Assembly (NCBI GenBank): GCA_036170915.1
Contig: JAVHQC010000022.1
Coordinates: 64,001-128,000 of the forward strand
From: Cyanobacteria bacterium auto_48_18
GTDB taxonomy: Bacteria; Cyanobacteriota; Vampirovibrionia; Obscuribacterales; Obscuribacteraceae
Length of the DNA stretch: 64,000 nt
Direction of reading: 5' to 3'
Below the pieces are notes generated by a model. That model was not told where the DNA came from, searched no databases, and worked only from the letters and a program-made list of their open reading frames with translations. Position 1 is the stretch's first letter. Each line of letters begins with the position of its first letter. This document shows, piece after piece, positions 51,361 through 60,743 of this stretch. Both the position numbers and the translations under genes were made by a program.

Positions 51361-51701
51361 AAGTCGCAGTCAATTGCCGCGGTGCTAGATCTCTTACCCT
51401 TCAGACAGCATCGTGTCCAGTATCCTTGCTAAGACTGCTTCGCCTGATAGTCTCTTAGCCTCTGCGATTTCGCTCGCGATTAGCGCACTGATTTCCAACA
51501 AAATTTGAGCGTAATCTTCTGGACTATCCAGGTATGCATTTACAAAAAAGTTCGCGCCGTTTCCGTTTTCGACAGACCATACACGAATGAACTCATCTGC
51601 TTGAGTGGCTCCATCAAATGGCGGAGGCTTAAGCATCGTCGAAATCTCCCACCATGGTTTTGATATTATCGAGAATCAATTTTTGACCAGCCTCTGCACT
51701 T
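51361..51701. repeat. Direct repeat 2, proximal copy
   Basis: Matches 50222..50561 at offset ~1140. Confidence 0.95.
51394..51636 (-). CDS. DUF5076-like small protein
   Basis: PP..A.EFIRVW...DSPEDYAQILLEIS..IA pattern, paralogous to the upstream gene. Confidence 0.6.
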   Translation of the reverse strand: MLKPPPFDGATQADEFIRVWSVENGNGANFFVNAYLDSPEDYAQILLEISALIASEIAEAKRLSGEAVLARILDTMLSEG

Positions 51702-51895
51702 AAACTCCACGCTTTCGTTTTGGATTTTGCAATCTCGAATGCTACGTCAGCCAGCGCCAGTCCGAAAAATGCTGGGTCAGACCAGCCATCAGGGTCAACG
51801 TTGATTTGAAGCTTGTTGTCCACAATCCAGACTCGCAACACTTCTTTTGCATGCGCATTTTGTGTCAGCGCCTCGGGTATTTTAATCTCGCTCAA
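51629..51895 (-). CDS. DUF5076 family protein
   Basis: EVLRVWIVDNKLQINV...DPAFFGLALADVA. Confidence 0.75.
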   Translation of the reverse strand: MSEIKIPEALTQNAHAKEVLRVWIVDNKLQINVDPDGWSDPAFFGLALADVAFEIAKSKTKAWSLSAEAGQKLILDNIKTMVGDFDDA

Positions 51896-54489
51896 ACTTC
51901 ACCCTTCAGCGCCAGAGCCAAAATCAAATTAGCCACCAGATAGAACACTGCCACAATTAGCAAACAGCTCGAAATTCCGGTGGTCAGGGTAATGCTGACG
52001 AAGGCCACTCCACCCAGGGCGTTGAAAGCCGAATTGACTGCCCACATCCAGGCCACTGCACTGCCGAAGCGTTTGCGCAAACAATTCATGGCTAGCGAGA
52101 CCGGCAAGCCGGTGCAGATAGACGAAAGTAAGGCCACGGTACCGCAAATAACTATTCGTGCTGGTTGTTCCAGGCCGAGTAATTGCTTGGTCAAAACCGG
52201 CACTCCAGCCCACAGTGCCAGCATTAAGGCCGCCAGGCCCACGCCTAAGACTATAAAAGTACGGCTATTCAGCTTGAGATATTGTGAGATGAAACTGCCG
52301 ATGGCGTAACCCGAAAGAACGCTGACCAATACCACCGATAGCGAGTAGGTCGGTCCTCCCACGAAAATGGTAAAGAGCTGAATGATGGTAGTTTCGTAAA
52401 GTAAAAAGGCAAAGCCGCATAGCGAGAAAAATATGGTGAAGGGCATGATGCGCATTGCAATCGCGCGGTTGTCGCGGCGCAGCAATGGCATAAAGACAAG
52501 AAGCAGTGCACCAAATAAGGTGGCGACAATTAATGAGACAGGAGTTGACGACCAGGGCGATGACATCAAGAAATTTTCAGCTTTGACTTGATGGTAAAAG
52601 TAAGGCTTATCGTCGATTACTGGCCAGATTGCTTCAGGATACGCATCGATTAATGCTGGTCTTTCTGCAGTAGTGGCGAAGCCCAATTGCTCGTAAATGG
52701 GCTCTATGCTTGAACCCTTTTTACCAGGGTCGAAAAGCATCACCTGCCCCGTGGCTTTAGTCCAACTGCGTAAGCGATCAAGTTCTTCTTCGGTGAATGG
52801 AGTTTTTTTCAACATCGAGTCGGTCCATTCTTGACCGCCCACCACGGCTACGTGTTTCCATGGCTCTTTGACACCCATGTCGTCCAGCACTTTCAAGTAT
52901 GTGGTGAACATGCGAATGCCTGTTTGTCGGGGCTTTTCGCGCCAGTGAGTCAGCGACACTATGCCGTTTGGTTTAAGCACACGCAGGTAGTCGCGCACGG
53001 CATCGGTGGTGTAAAGATAATTCTCTACCAGAGACATGCCACCGGTGGTAATGGCAGTCAGTGTATCGACTCCGCTGGCTTGAATGATGTCATAGCTATT
53101 GTCTGGCCTGGTGGTGCAGAAGTGCCTGGCCTCGCTGAGAAAGATATTGACCTTTGAGAGCGCGTCGCTTTTCAGCCAGGGAAAATAATGTTGTTCTGCG
53201 TCGTCGACTTTGCCTGTGAGTAAATTGAAAATTGACGGATTAACTTCAGCTACATCGATGGTTTTGGTCTTGAAGAATTTGGCAATCAGAATATCAATGC
53301 CGCCGCCGCCGCCGATTACCAGCGCCCGATCGCAATTATTTTCAGCCACATATGGGCTGGCCCAGAGTGCTTCGCCTAAATAATCTTCTTTGGCGATATT
53401 ACCTTCCACCTTAAATTGCCTGGTGTTAGCGCCGCCATCAAGCAAAACGTAGCGGCCATAAATGTCGCGCTCGTATGATTTGGGCGAAAGGCCATAGCGA
53501 TACTGGCGATTTTTTGAGGTGCGAGTTTGGGAAACATCGACTCTGGCGATGGCGTTCCAGTGAGTGCTGCGAATGCCACCGAAATCATTGACGAAAACTA
53601 TTTGGCCCCAGTCTTTCGATGAACGAATATCAAAGCCCCAGTTTTTAATTGCCCACTGCGGATAAGCCATGAGCACTGCGATGGCGCCCATTGCGGCCAC
53701 CCAATAGGGCGCGGCCTTGATTAAAGTTGATTGTCTATTAATGCCATTGTCGGCAGTGGCACTAGATTTACTGATATCAGATTCGCCTGCACCAGATGCA
53801 CTTGCGCCAGATTGACTCGCAGCCGATTCCACATTGGCATCGGCTGCGCGGTGATTAGCGGCGATGAAAAACGCCACTGAGGCTGCGATACCCAATAGAC
53901 AGGCCACGGCAATGGTGCCGTAACCGCCTACCCATTCCAGCGCCCAGGGGCAAAGCGACGCCCCTAAAGCTGCTGCCAACAAGTCGAAGAAATATATGAG
54001 AGCAACTGAGCGGCGGCTGGCTGACAGCGTCTGGCTGATGCAAAGTCCGGCCAAAAACATGGGCAAAGAAAAAGTAGCAAAATAAATGGGCTGGGCGAGA
54101 AAACGCTTCATCACGTCCAGGTCGCGCTGGTATGGATCCCATGGAAACCAGCAAAAGAACGGAATAGCCAGCGCTAGAAAAATTGCATAGAGGGCGGCTG
54201 CCTTCCACGCGGGGTTCCAGGCCTGACGACCTTGCGAAGGAAAAAGACGCGGCAACATATAAACGAAAGCGCCGGATGCTCCGAAGCTGAGAATGACCAT
54301 GCTGAGCACGGCATATGAAAGATGGTGAAAGATTTTGCAACCAAGAAATTTGGTCAGGCAAACTTCTACTAGTAAAGTAGATGCAGATATTGCGCAGAGG
54401 CCAACAATGACGGCCACACTTTCGGGCTTTGCATGCGCCGCTGGAGCCGCGGGCTCCGACGTTTGTTCTGGCAAAATAACCTCAGGCAT
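51892..54489 (-). CDS. Membrane protein with spermidine-synthase-like SAM-dependent methyltransferase domain
   Basis: YFFDLLAAALG, LVIGGGGG.D, EVNP, ENYLYT, WMWAVN; TM blocks on both sides. Confidence 0.85.
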   Translation of the reverse strand: MPEVILPEQTSEPAAPAAHAKPESVAVIVGLCAISASTLLVEVCLTKFLGCKIFHHLSYAVLSMVILSFGASGAFVYMLPRLFPSQGRQAWNPAWKAAALYAIFLALAIPFFCWFPWDPYQRDLDVMKRFLAQPIYFATFSLPMFLAGLCISQTLSASRRSVALIYFFDLLAAALGASLCPWALEWVGGYGTIAVACLLGIAASVAFFIAANHRAADANVESAASQSGASASGAGESDISKSSATADNGINRQSTLIKAAPYWVAAMGAIAVLMAYPQWAIKNWGFDIRSSKDWGQIVFVNDFGGIRSTHWNAIARVDVSQTRTSKNRQYRYGLSPKSYERDIYGRYVLLDGGANTRQFKVEGNIAKEDYLGEALWASPYVAENNCDRALVIGGGGGIDILIAKFFKTKTIDVAEVNPSIFNLLTGKVDDAEQHYFPWLKSDALSKVNIFLSEARHFCTTRPDNSYDIIQASGVDTLTAITTGGMSLVENYLYTTDAVRDYLRVLKPNGIVSLTHWREKPRQTGIRMFTTYLKVLDDMGVKEPWKHVAVVGGQEWTDSMLKKTPFTEEELDRLRSWTKATGQVMLFDPGKKGSSIEPIYEQLGFATTAERPALIDAYPEAIWPVIDDKPYFYHQVKAENFLMSSPWSSTPVSLIVATLFGALLLVFMPLLRRDNRAIAMRIMPFTIFFSLCGFAFLLYETTIIQLFTIFVGGPTYSLSVVLVSVLSGYAIGSFISQYLKLNSRTFIVLGVGLAALMLALWAGVPVLTKQLLGLEQPARIVICGTVALLSSICTGLPVSLAMNCLRKRFGSAVAWMWAVNSAFNALGGVAFVSITLTTGISSCLLIVAVFYLVANLILALALKGEV

Positions 54490-54631
54490 TGGTAATAGTA
54501 ATGGCTAGCCATTGTACAGGTCTATACCAGGCTCGCGCTAGGCTCAGCTCGCGCTAACCTATGACCTCGACAGCCAAGGTTGCGTGACGCATTTTGAAAG
54601 AGCAGTCTAAGCTTTTCAACTGAAGCTGATT

Positions 54632-55108
54632 TTAGCCAACCATATTTAGTGCGGTGAGCACGCCAAAACCGTCAGGTCCTGGGTTAAAAGCATAGGGATT
54701 GCCGCCGGGAGCGCAATTTAAAACTTCAATTCTTGAAAGCGAGATTGGCTGGTCGTTTAAGTGTCGCTTGGTCGGTTTAGTCTGGCAATGGTAACGCACA
54801 AGCAGACGGCCGGTGTCGCTATGGCGCTGCACGCTATAAATATCTTCTGCATTTCCACCTTGCACAACCCGCACTGTCAGCATCTCTTGTGTGCCACTGG
54901 GGCTGTCGATAATTTCAAATTGTGCGTAAATTGTCGGCGCTAATCCGCTTGGGCTGTCGACTTTGTTCACCCTGTGGCGCAGGTTGAGAGTCTGCAGCCG
55001 GCGCGCGATGGTGAGCTGTGTTTCAAAAGGAAAAGCGATCATGAAATCGCGCACAGTTTTGCCGTCGCCACATTCGATTGCCTGCAGTAAATTCTCGATT
55101 TTCGCCAT
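54632..55108 (-). CDS. Hypothetical protein
   Basis: 158-aa ORF with GAGG upstream; N-terminus resembles 11338..11703. Confidence 0.65.
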   Translation of the reverse strand: MAKIENLLQAIECGDGKTVRDFMIAFPFETQLTIARRLQTLNLRHRVNKVDSPSGLAPTIYAQFEIIDSPSGTQEMLTVRVVQGGNAEDIYSVQRHSDTGRLLVRYHCQTKPTKRHLNDQPISLSRIEVLNCAPGGNPYAFNPGPDGFGVLTALNMVG

Positions 55109-55243
55109 CTGGTAAATGCCTCATCGCTGGGGATAGGCAAAGCTTACTTTCCACCCCATGAAAAGTTCGTGAAAGTCTTTTTGAAACTTTTTTGCACGCC
55201 GCACGTAGAAATAATTGAAGACAGTTTTACAGAAGGGGTGGCT

Positions 55244-55825
55244 ATGAATAACTTGAAATTGAGACCATCTGGAGGTGCGCGCGTCTTGAACTTTGCCATG
55301 AGCCTGGCTGCGATTTTTGCAGTGAGCCTGGCGTTGGGCGCAAACAATGCCGCCGACGCTCGCGGTTTTCATGCTCGAGGGTCAAAAGGTGCTGCTGGCG
55401 GCTACGCCCGTCAAGGTCAATATGGTCGCAGCGCCGGAGCGGCAGCGGTGGGTTATAACAGGGGCGCCGGTTTTCGCGCTGGTAGCTGGAACGGACCGAA
55501 CGGCGGCAGCCTTCAAAGCGCTGGTGGTGGTGCTTATAAACGTGGCGTGGGCGCTATGCGGGCCAGCAAATTTGCGTCTACCGGGCCAAATGGTGGCTCG
55601 GCCTCGGGCTACAGTAATAATGTCTACAACGCTCAAACCGGCACAGGCGTGCGCAACAGCGGCAAAGACATAAACACTGCTTCCGGCCAGTCTTATGGAT
55701 ATGACAGCAGCACCAGCTATACAAAAGGGCAGGGTGCAACTTCAACCATCGATACTCAAAACAAGGGCGATTATTCAATCGATTGGCAGAAAGGCAGCAA
55801 ACCAGTGGTGACACCGAGCCCCTGA
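55244..55825 (+). CDS. Secreted glycine-rich protein
   Basis: Signal peptide ..AADA; GPNGG repeats; start uncertain. Confidence 0.75.
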   Translation: MNNLKLRPSGGARVLNFAMSLAAIFAVSLALGANNAADARGFHARGSKGAAGGYARQGQYGRSAGAAAVGYNRGAGFRAGSWNGPNGGSLQSAGGGAYKRGVGAMRASKFASTGPNGGSASGYSNNVYNAQTGTGVRNSGKDINTASGQSYGYDSSTSYTKGQGATSTIDTQNKGDYSIDWQKGSKPVVTPSP

Positions 55826-55847
55826 AGCTTTGGTTTATAGTATCTGC

Positions 55848-56384
55848 ATGAATGCTGTAGTTTTTGAAACTTCCCGCCTTTGTGCGCGCCCGTTTTTGCC
55901 AACTCAAGATGCTGACGAAGCGTTCTTAATTTACGGCGATGCTGAGGTGACCCATTTTATTAACATGGGTCAGGCCGACGCGTCGGTTGCTGTCACCAGA
56001 GCTCGCCTCGAGCGCTACGCTGCGGTGGAAGGTGGCCTTGGCGTTATGGCTTTAATCAAAAAAGATGACAGCATGATGGTAGGAACTATTTTAATTAAAC
56101 GATTGCCCGACGCCGAAAAACGGCCCACTGATGATTGGGAAGTAGGTTGGCATTTGCGCCGGTCGGCCTGGGGCGCCGGTTTCGCCACAGAGGCAGGAGC
56201 TGCGGCTTTGCGTTATGCATTTGCAAAGCTGGCTCTACCTGAAATTTATGCGGTAGTCGATGTCGATAATTTAGCTTCGCAAAAAGTGGTGAAACGGCTA
56301 AACATGCTGCATTTGGGCCGAACCGATAAATATTATGGTCAGACCCTTGAGCTTTATTGCGCTTTAAATACAGCGGTGATTTGA
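55848..56384 (+). CDS. GNAT acetyltransferase (RimJ/RimL-like)
   Basis: ETSRL..RP, EVGW, WGAGFATEA, NLASQKV. Confidence 0.9.
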   Translation: MNAVVFETSRLCARPFLPTQDADEAFLIYGDAEVTHFINMGQADASVAVTRARLERYAAVEGGLGVMALIKKDDSMMVGTILIKRLPDAEKRPTDDWEVGWHLRRSAWGAGFATEAGAAALRYAFAKLALPEIYAVVDVDNLASQKVVKRLNMLHLGRTDKYYGQTLELYCALNTAVI

Positions 56385-56621
56385 TCAATTGCATTAAAAC
56401 TTTCCGTCGGCGGCAAATAGCAAATATCTGTCACGTAAAGTTCACGCCCTTGATATTAGATTGTCAATGTAGATTGAAGCCGTCTCAAATTGAGCGTTAA
56501 TTGGCTTGAGGAGACATGAATTGTTCCCTGGCGAACAGACACAGTGGGGCTTTCCCCCGACAATAAGAGCCCAGACTGGGTAAGATCGTAAGTAGGTTCG
56601 ACATCGCAAACGGCAGTTATA

Positions 56622-58421
56622 GTGGCAACAGACACCAAACAAGCTGAAAATCAGCAAACTAACGACAAAGTTCAGGTTAAAGACGCGCCGGTCGGAGAAG
56701 CTGCGCGTACTGAAGCAGTGCAGTCCTTTCAACCGCTGGTCAAAGATGCCAATGGTCCCGCCAATCCAATAACAGACAATGCCATGGGAATGGTCCCGCC
56801 GCCTTCAGACACGACCATGGTGGAATATTTTGACTCCAAGAAGCCGGGTGGCAAGACCGAAGGCAGACCAGACGACAATAATGGCGTCAAAAATGACGCA
56901 GGCGATAAGTCTTTAGATAAGCCAATCGGTTCTAAAGCCGAAGGCGCTTTAGAAGACTATAAAAAAACCATGATGCGCGCAGGCATGAGCGAAGAAGATG
57001 CCACCAAACTTTCGCGCGACACGCTCACTCGCTTAGAGAAAACCAACAAGATTTCTGAGGGCGCATTAGAAGGCACACCAGAACAACAATTGGCGCGCAT
57101 GAACAAAGCCATGAGCGATGTTCTCGATGGCACAGGCAAGCGCCCTGATGGTAAATTGGCTAACGGTCAAGATGATCCGTTAACAGCCCGCGATCGCCAA
57201 AATCTAGTCAAAGATTTAGCGGCAAGGCAAGCTGATCCCGAGAAGTATGTGAACCAGGGCAAACACATGACCTGCGTTCTCCAGTCTAATCAGAAGCAGC
57301 GCCTTGAAGGCGGCGATCCTGCCAAAGTGGCAGAGCAAATTGCTTCGGTAGTCAATACAGGCTCTGCAGAAATTACTGAAAAAGATGGCAAAACCAGAAC
57401 TGTTAATGTTGACTCGCGCAGCTTTGCTCCTGATCAAGAATCGAGTCAAGACGTCAATTTAAAAGCTGGCGAAAATAAGCGCGGCATGGCAGGTCATGTC
57501 TATGACGCTCTATCTGGTCAAGCTGTGGCTGATTTACGCGCTGAACGAGAAGGCAAGCCAACTTCGGCTAACGGAATTGGCGAAGCCAGCTACGTTTATA
57601 TGGCCGCTCATGCCGATCAACTAGGAGCTAAGCCAGGCCAGACCAGTACCAACGAAGCTTTGCTTGCTAAGAAAAGCGATGGCAGCTATAAAGTTCTACA
57701 CGATTCTCCAGGGGTAAATAGTGTTTGGGAAATGGCTCATTTGAGTAAAGCCATGGGTGGAGAAAACGGTGCTGTTTTCGCTAACGCTGGCACAGTTCGA
57801 GACGGTGTGCCTCCTAAAGGTATGGGTTTCCCTCCAGATATGCGCATTACTTCTTTTGCTAACGCCGAAGATCTGACCAAAAAACTAGGAGACTACCAGC
57901 AGAAGACTGGTCAGTCTGCTCAAATTCTCGTTAACGCGCCTTTCTTACCTGGCGGCGGAGAGAACGGACACGGCCTTCATGCCATGAACGTTAAATTGGG
58001 TGCTAATGGCAAATTTGATTTAGACAACAACTGGGGCAATAAGTCAGACCTTGCCTCCGCATCTGGTGCGGTATTAGAAAAGGCAACCGATCCTGCAAAA
58101 TGGAATGCTAAGACTGCTGAAGGCAGAGCAGAGCCCAAGCCGACCGATCGTACCGAGATTCGCCCCGGCAGCGGCCGCAACCCCAACGAAAGTCAGGAAG
58201 ACTATCAGGCGCGCTTGCTCGAAGATCAGAAACGCGAGAAAGAAAAAGAGAAAGAAGAAGATCCCGGCAAAGAGCTGCTCAAGAAAAACGAGAAGGATGC
58301 CCAGGCCGCAGAAGAAAGATATCAAACCGAACTGCAAATTTGGAACGCCGAGAAAGCTCGAGCCGAAGCTGCTAAACCCGGAGATATATTTGTTAAGCCA
58401 CCACCTCGCCGCCCGCAGTGA
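56622..58421 (+). CDS. Large hypothetical protein with putative papain-like cysteine peptidase domain
   Basis: NQGKHMTC ... HAMNV ... DNNWG; low-complexity charged termini. Confidence 0.65.
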   Translation: MATDTKQAENQQTNDKVQVKDAPVGEAARTEAVQSFQPLVKDANGPANPITDNAMGMVPPPSDTTMVEYFDSKKPGGKTEGRPDDNNGVKNDAGDKSLDKPIGSKAEGALEDYKKTMMRAGMSEEDATKLSRDTLTRLEKTNKISEGALEGTPEQQLARMNKAMSDVLDGTGKRPDGKLANGQDDPLTARDRQNLVKDLAARQADPEKYVNQGKHMTCVLQSNQKQRLEGGDPAKVAEQIASVVNTGSAEITEKDGKTRTVNVDSRSFAPDQESSQDVNLKAGENKRGMAGHVYDALSGQAVADLRAEREGKPTSANGIGEASYVYMAAHADQLGAKPGQTSTNEALLAKKSDGSYKVLHDSPGVNSVWEMAHLSKAMGGENGAVFANAGTVRDGVPPKGMGFPPDMRITSFANAEDLTKKLGDYQQKTGQSAQILVNAPFLPGGGENGHGLHAMNVKLGANGKFDLDNNWGNKSDLASASGAVLEKATDPAKWNAKTAEGRAEPKPTDRTEIRPGSGRNPNESQEDYQARLLEDQKREKEKEKEEDPGKELLKKNEKDAQAAEERYQTELQIWNAEKARAEAAKPGDIFVKPPPRRPQ

Positions 58422-58425
58422 GTAA

Positions 58426-59061
58426 ATGCTGCTTAAAAAAATTGGCGTAATCAAAGAAATGCTTTTGCCTGCTGAATTTGTGCAAGGCGAGCAAGAATTT
58501 GGTGGCATGGGAAATAACTGGCGGTTGATTCACTATCCGCGCAAGTTTAAAAACGAGTCGCCGTCACCGGTGCAATTGATAGTCTATTATCGCGGTAGCC
58601 CACCATTAAAGGCTAATGGTGAAGCTTTCCGAGTTATGCTCAGTCAGTCGCCGAAAATATTGTTCGAGCAAGGTGATGCTCAAGACGCCAGTGCGGTAAC
58701 CAGTATGCTGAAAAATCTTGGTGCTGCTCTGGGCAGTGCCTCAGACAATCAGCTCGTCAATCATAAGCCAGGCCTGCACGGACCACTTTTTTATTTACAA
58801 AAACTAGCGGTGGCGCAAGTAAATAAGCGCAGCGTATTAGCCATTAGTGGAGTTTTTCATCGCAGTGGCGCCACGCCTGATGAATTTCAATTTGAGGGCA
58901 GCACTAATTACTCGCACGCATTATTGTTCGATGCTGCTCCCGGTAACGAGCCCTGTCGCATAGAAGAAATTGTCTTGCAAGCTGATTCAGCAGAGTTGCT
59001 GGCCACATATATGCCTTTGCTGGATAGGGCACTAAATACGGTGCGCTGGGCTGACCGCTAG
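58426..59061 (+). CDS. Hypothetical protein, apparently co-transcribed with 56622..58421
   Basis: 211-aa ORF 4 nt after the upstream stop. Confidence 0.7.
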   Translation: MLLKKIGVIKEMLLPAEFVQGEQEFGGMGNNWRLIHYPRKFKNESPSPVQLIVYYRGSPPLKANGEAFRVMLSQSPKILFEQGDAQDASAVTSMLKNLGAALGSASDNQLVNHKPGLHGPLFYLQKLAVAQVNKRSVLAISGVFHRSGATPDEFQFEGSTNYSHALLFDAAPGNEPCRIEEIVLQADSAELLATYMPLLDRALNTVRWADR

Positions 59062-60692
59062 TGTTTTGCCGCCTGATCATTGCGTTCGTTTTTCGGATCG
59101 CGAGTGTTGAGCAACAGATCCGCGCTCTCCGGGCTGCTGTCGAGAGCCTTTTTCAGCGACGGTAGTGATTTATTGCCGGCGCCCACATTGAGACCATCGA
59201 AGCCTACTTCCATGGCTTCGCTGGCGGTCAGTTTCAAACCTTCCAGATGCTTCATGGCTTCTTCAGCATCTTTTTTGTTATGAGTCTTTTTGGCAATTTC
59301 CATCAAACAGAGCCATGGTTCGCTTTTGTGCGGAATTTTTGCCGTGAGCTGCCGGGCCAATATTTTAGCTTCACTATATCGCTCGGCGCTGTACAGCCCT
59401 GCCATATAATCGAGATCAATATCTACCTGGTGAGGAAATTTCTTCTTTGCTTCTTTCAGCAGAGCAAAACCTTCATCGTATTTTTTAAAACACATCAGTG
59501 CCCAGGCCATTGCCGATATGGCATTAAGGTTGCCTGGCGCTTGTTGATACATTTGTTTGGCCAGGGCCATAGCTTGATCATTTTTACTGATGAGAAAATC
59601 GAGGCGCACGAGAATGCCCTGAATTCTTAGCTTCTGTTCGGCACTCTGCGCCAGTTCAGCGCTCTTTTGCAAATATGGCTCTGCTTCTTTTGGCTTATCG
59701 GCGTTAATTAGGGCGATTGCCAAGGCACTGTTGTTGGTGGCACTGCGTGGATTAAATCCGCAGGCAATGCGAGCGCAACGCAAGCTTTCATCCATTTTTC
59801 GTTCAGTGCAATAATATTGGGCTAGTTCAAGCCAGGCCAGCTCGCTTGTAGGTTTGACTACGGTGGCCTGCTTAAGTAGTGCTTCTTGTTGCGGCAAATG
59901 TCCTTCAGCCTGTGCTATTTTTGCCAGGCCCAAATAAGGCTCAACAATTTTAGGAAAGTTCTTTTTTATTTCGTTATAGACACCTTTTGCCTGAGCGACT
60001 TTACCTTGAGCGAGATAAATATTGGCCAGATCTATTCTGTACGAAACCTTTGCAGGAAACGTTTTGATGGCACTTTGTAAAACCAGAGACGCTTCTGCAT
60101 AACGTTTTTCGCGCCAGAGCAGATGGCTTAAAATCCTTAAGGCACCATCGTTTTTGGCATCTAGTTCAACTGCCCGGCGTAGATTTTTTTCAGCGCTCTG
60201 GCACTGATTGGTATCACGGTTTTTAGTGGTGGCAAGATATTGATTCCAGCCTAAATAGTAAAAGGCCTCGGCTAAATTTGGCGAGAGTTTGAGGGCTTTA
60301 TTGCAGGCTTCGATGGCAGAAGCATAACGATGGCAGGCCTGGTCTATTTTTGCCCTGGTCAGATAGCACTGAGCGTTCTCGGGCTCTAGTTGAATGGCGC
60401 TTTTAACGTATGCATAAGACAGTTGTGCTTTACCCTGGTGGCGGCTTACGCGGCTCAATCCGAGCAGTGCCGGTACACATTTTTCATTGGCTTGCAAGGC
60501 CTGACGAAAGAGTGGCTCAGCTTCTTTGAATTTGAAAACTTTGCAGTGTTCCTCTCCCTTCGCCACCAGAGCCGCAACCTCCGACGTCGATTGGCTCTTG
60601 TTCTGTGCGTAAATTGGCGTTACAAAAAAGCTGAGGGCGAGCGCTAGCACCATGGCTAGTTTGACTTTGCGATTGGCGCTGACAAGGCTCAT
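59058..60692 (-). CDS. Secreted TPR-repeat protein
   Basis: Signal peptide; multiple TPR motifs (ALKLSPNLAEAFYYLG). Confidence 0.88.
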   Translation of the reverse strand: MSLVSANRKVKLAMVLALALSFFVTPIYAQNKSQSTSEVAALVAKGEEHCKVFKFKEAEPLFRQALQANEKCVPALLGLSRVSRHQGKAQLSYAYVKSAIQLEPENAQCYLTRAKIDQACHRYASAIEACNKALKLSPNLAEAFYYLGWNQYLATTKNRDTNQCQSAEKNLRRAVELDAKNDGALRILSHLLWREKRYAEASLVLQSAIKTFPAKVSYRIDLANIYLAQGKVAQAKGVYNEIKKNFPKIVEPYLGLAKIAQAEGHLPQQEALLKQATVVKPTSELAWLELAQYYCTERKMDESLRCARIACGFNPRSATNNSALAIALINADKPKEAEPYLQKSAELAQSAEQKLRIQGILVRLDFLISKNDQAMALAKQMYQQAPGNLNAISAMAWALMCFKKYDEGFALLKEAKKKFPHQVDIDLDYMAGLYSAERYSEAKILARQLTAKIPHKSEPWLCLMEIAKKTHNKKDAEEAMKHLEGLKLTASEAMEVGFDGLNVGAGNKSLPSLKKALDSSPESADLLLNTRDPKNERNDQAAKH

Positions 60693-60743
60693 AATTTTAG
60701 TGCCACCGCATTTAGTTTATGGTGCCGCCACTATTTGCTTTCG

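Noticed and set aside
50222..51701. IS element or composite transposon with target-site duplication
   Set aside because: No transposase or terminal inverted repeats; the duplication is hundreds of bp and diverged
56516..56566. 16-aa leader peptide MNCSLANRHSGAFPRQ after GAGGAG
   Set aside because: SD-to-ATG spacing is only 2 nt and there is no other support
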